DNA from: an uncultured Candidatus Rokubacteria bacterium
Lineage (GTDB): Bacteria > Methylomirabilota > Methylomirabilia > Rokubacteriales > DASRDR01
Direction of reading: 5' to 3'
NCBI GenBank assembly: GCA_963799055.1
Contig: CAWCVP010000012.1
Span: 25,640 to 89,639 of the forward strand
Length of the DNA: 64,000 nucleotides
Shown one piece after another: positions 62,905 to 64,000 of the stretch. Every line of letters begins with the position of its first letter. The stretch's first letter is position 1. The position numbers and the translations under genes were made by a program. The notes beneath the pieces were generated by a model that did not search any database, was not told the DNA's origin, and worked only from the letters and a program-made list of their open reading frames with translations.

Positions 62905-64000
62905 ATGAGGGACGCCGTGTCCCCCGGGACGGCGTTGCTCGGGTTCGTGGCCGAGACGCCCTTCGAGGCGATCCCCGAGGCGGCCGTCGAGATGGGCCGC
63001 ATCGCCATGCTGGACTGGTGGGGCGTCACGGTCGGGGGCGTCGACGAGCCTGTCGCGCGTCTCCTCCGCGAGGCCGCGCCCGAGCCGCCCGGGCCCGCGT
63101 CGGTCCTGGGCACGGGCCGGACGGCGTCGCTGGTCACGGCGGCGCTCTGGAACGGCACCGCCTCGCACGCCCTCGACTACGACGACACCGTGCTCGCGCT
63201 CCCGGGTCACGTGACGGCGCCGATCTTCCCGGGGCTCCTGGCGCTGGCCGAGACGCGGGGTGCGAGCGGGCGCGCGGTTCTCACGGCCTTCGTGCTGGGC
63301 GTCGAGGTCATGTGTCGAGTCTCCCGCGCGCTCGCCCCGGGGCACTACCGGGCCGGATGGCACGCCACGGCCACGCTGGGGCGGCTCGGCGGCGCCGCGG
63401 CGTGCGCCCGGCTGCTCGGTCTCGACGCCGCCGGGATCGACCGGGCGGTGGGACTGGCCGCGGCCCAGCTGGGCGGGATCCACGAGTCGTTCGGAACCAT
63501 GGCGAAGCCCTTCCAGGTCGGTCGCGCCGCGGCGGACGGGCTCCTGGCCGCGCTCATGGCCGCGGGCGGGATGACCGGGCCGGCGGGCGTCCTCGATCGA
63601 CCGGCCTGGGCGCGCCGACTCTCGCCGGACTGGGCGCCGGCGCGTCTTCACGAGAGGCTCGGCCAGGACTGGGCGGTGAACGAGGTCTTCTTCAAGCTGT
63701 TCCCGTGCTGCTTCGCCACCCACGCCGCTCTGACGGCGCTCCTCGCTCTGTCCCCGCGCCCCGACCCGAAGGCGATCGAGACGGTGAACCTCGAGGTGTG
63801 CCCGACCACCCTCCTCGTGGCCGACCAGCGCCAGCCCGACACGGGGCTCGGCGGCAAGTTCAGCATGACCTACTGCGCCGCGAGCGCTCTGCTCCGAGGA
63901 CGCGTCACCGAGGAGCACTTCACGGCCGAGGCGGTGCGAGATCCGGCGGCGCGCGCGCTGGCCGCCCGCGTGCGCCTCGAGCCGCGCGCGGAGCTGGACG
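62905..64000 (+). CDS. MmgE/PrpD family protein (partial, runs off window end)
   Basis: Not in the ORF track (no stop). ATG 62905 after GGGAGG; LDWWGV, NGTASHALDYDD...GH, GWHATA, GTMAKPF, KLFPCC..TH, GKFSM.Y. Confidence 0.9.
   Translation, partial: MRDAVSPGTALLGFVAETPFEAIPEAAVEMGRIAMLDWWGVTVGGVDEPVARLLREAAPEPPGPASVLGTGRTASLVTAALWNGTASHALDYDDTVLALPGHVTAPIFPGLLALAETRGASGRAVLTAFVLGVEVMCRVSRALAPGHYRAGWHATATLGRLGGAAACARLLGLDAAGIDRAVGLAAAQLGGIHESFGTMAKPFQVGRAAADGLLAALMAAGGMTGPAGVLDRPAWARRLSPDWAPARLHERLGQDWAVNEVFFKLFPCCFATHAALTALLALSPRPDPKAIETVNLEVCPTTLLVADQRQPDTGLGGKFSMTYCAASALLRGRVTEEHFTAEAVRDPAARALAARVRLEPRAELD

Overview
This is a very GC-rich, gene-dense bacterial chromosomal segment. The gene families (orphan ABC_sub_bind paralogs, zinc-ribbon/cyclase/AAA/TPR protein, Uma2, many TA modules) suggest a soil bacterium such as Candidatus Rokubacteria/Methylomirabilota, which is an inference. 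About 25 otherwise normal genes carry single-base frameshifts, typical of an unpolished long-read assembly, so I rebuilt many genes across frames. Contents in order: VapBC; S9 peptidase; a Doc toxin remnant; an arsS-centred (arsenosugar / 'rSAM-selenodomain') operon; an Old Yellow Enzyme; a CpoB-like TPR protein; a ParB-fold protein with SerK/SbnI serine-kinase motifs directly upstream of a stand-alone TrpB2; a long acyl-CoA / B12-mutase / CoA-transferase / molybdo-hydroxylase cluster interrupted by inserted genes; an orphan Prim-Pol-helicase gene followed by an iteron-like, origin-like region; ABC transporter genes (family-5 SBP, a liv-type operon containing an AAC(6')-Ii-like acetyltransferase, a dpp-type operon); a RelE-type TA pair abutting a STAND-type class III cyclase; and housekeeping/catabolic genes (AlkB, DadA, TrxA, PaaK, MmgE/PrpD). 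Three copies of a long GGGGTCAGGCC...GGCCTGACCCC palindromic element are dispersed through the window. I saw no rRNA, tRNA, CRISPR array, integrase or transposase. The best candidate for an undescribed system is the SerK-like kinase + TrpB2 pair (11699-13998), a plausible two-gene route from serine via O-phosphoserine to tryptophan (indole salvage).
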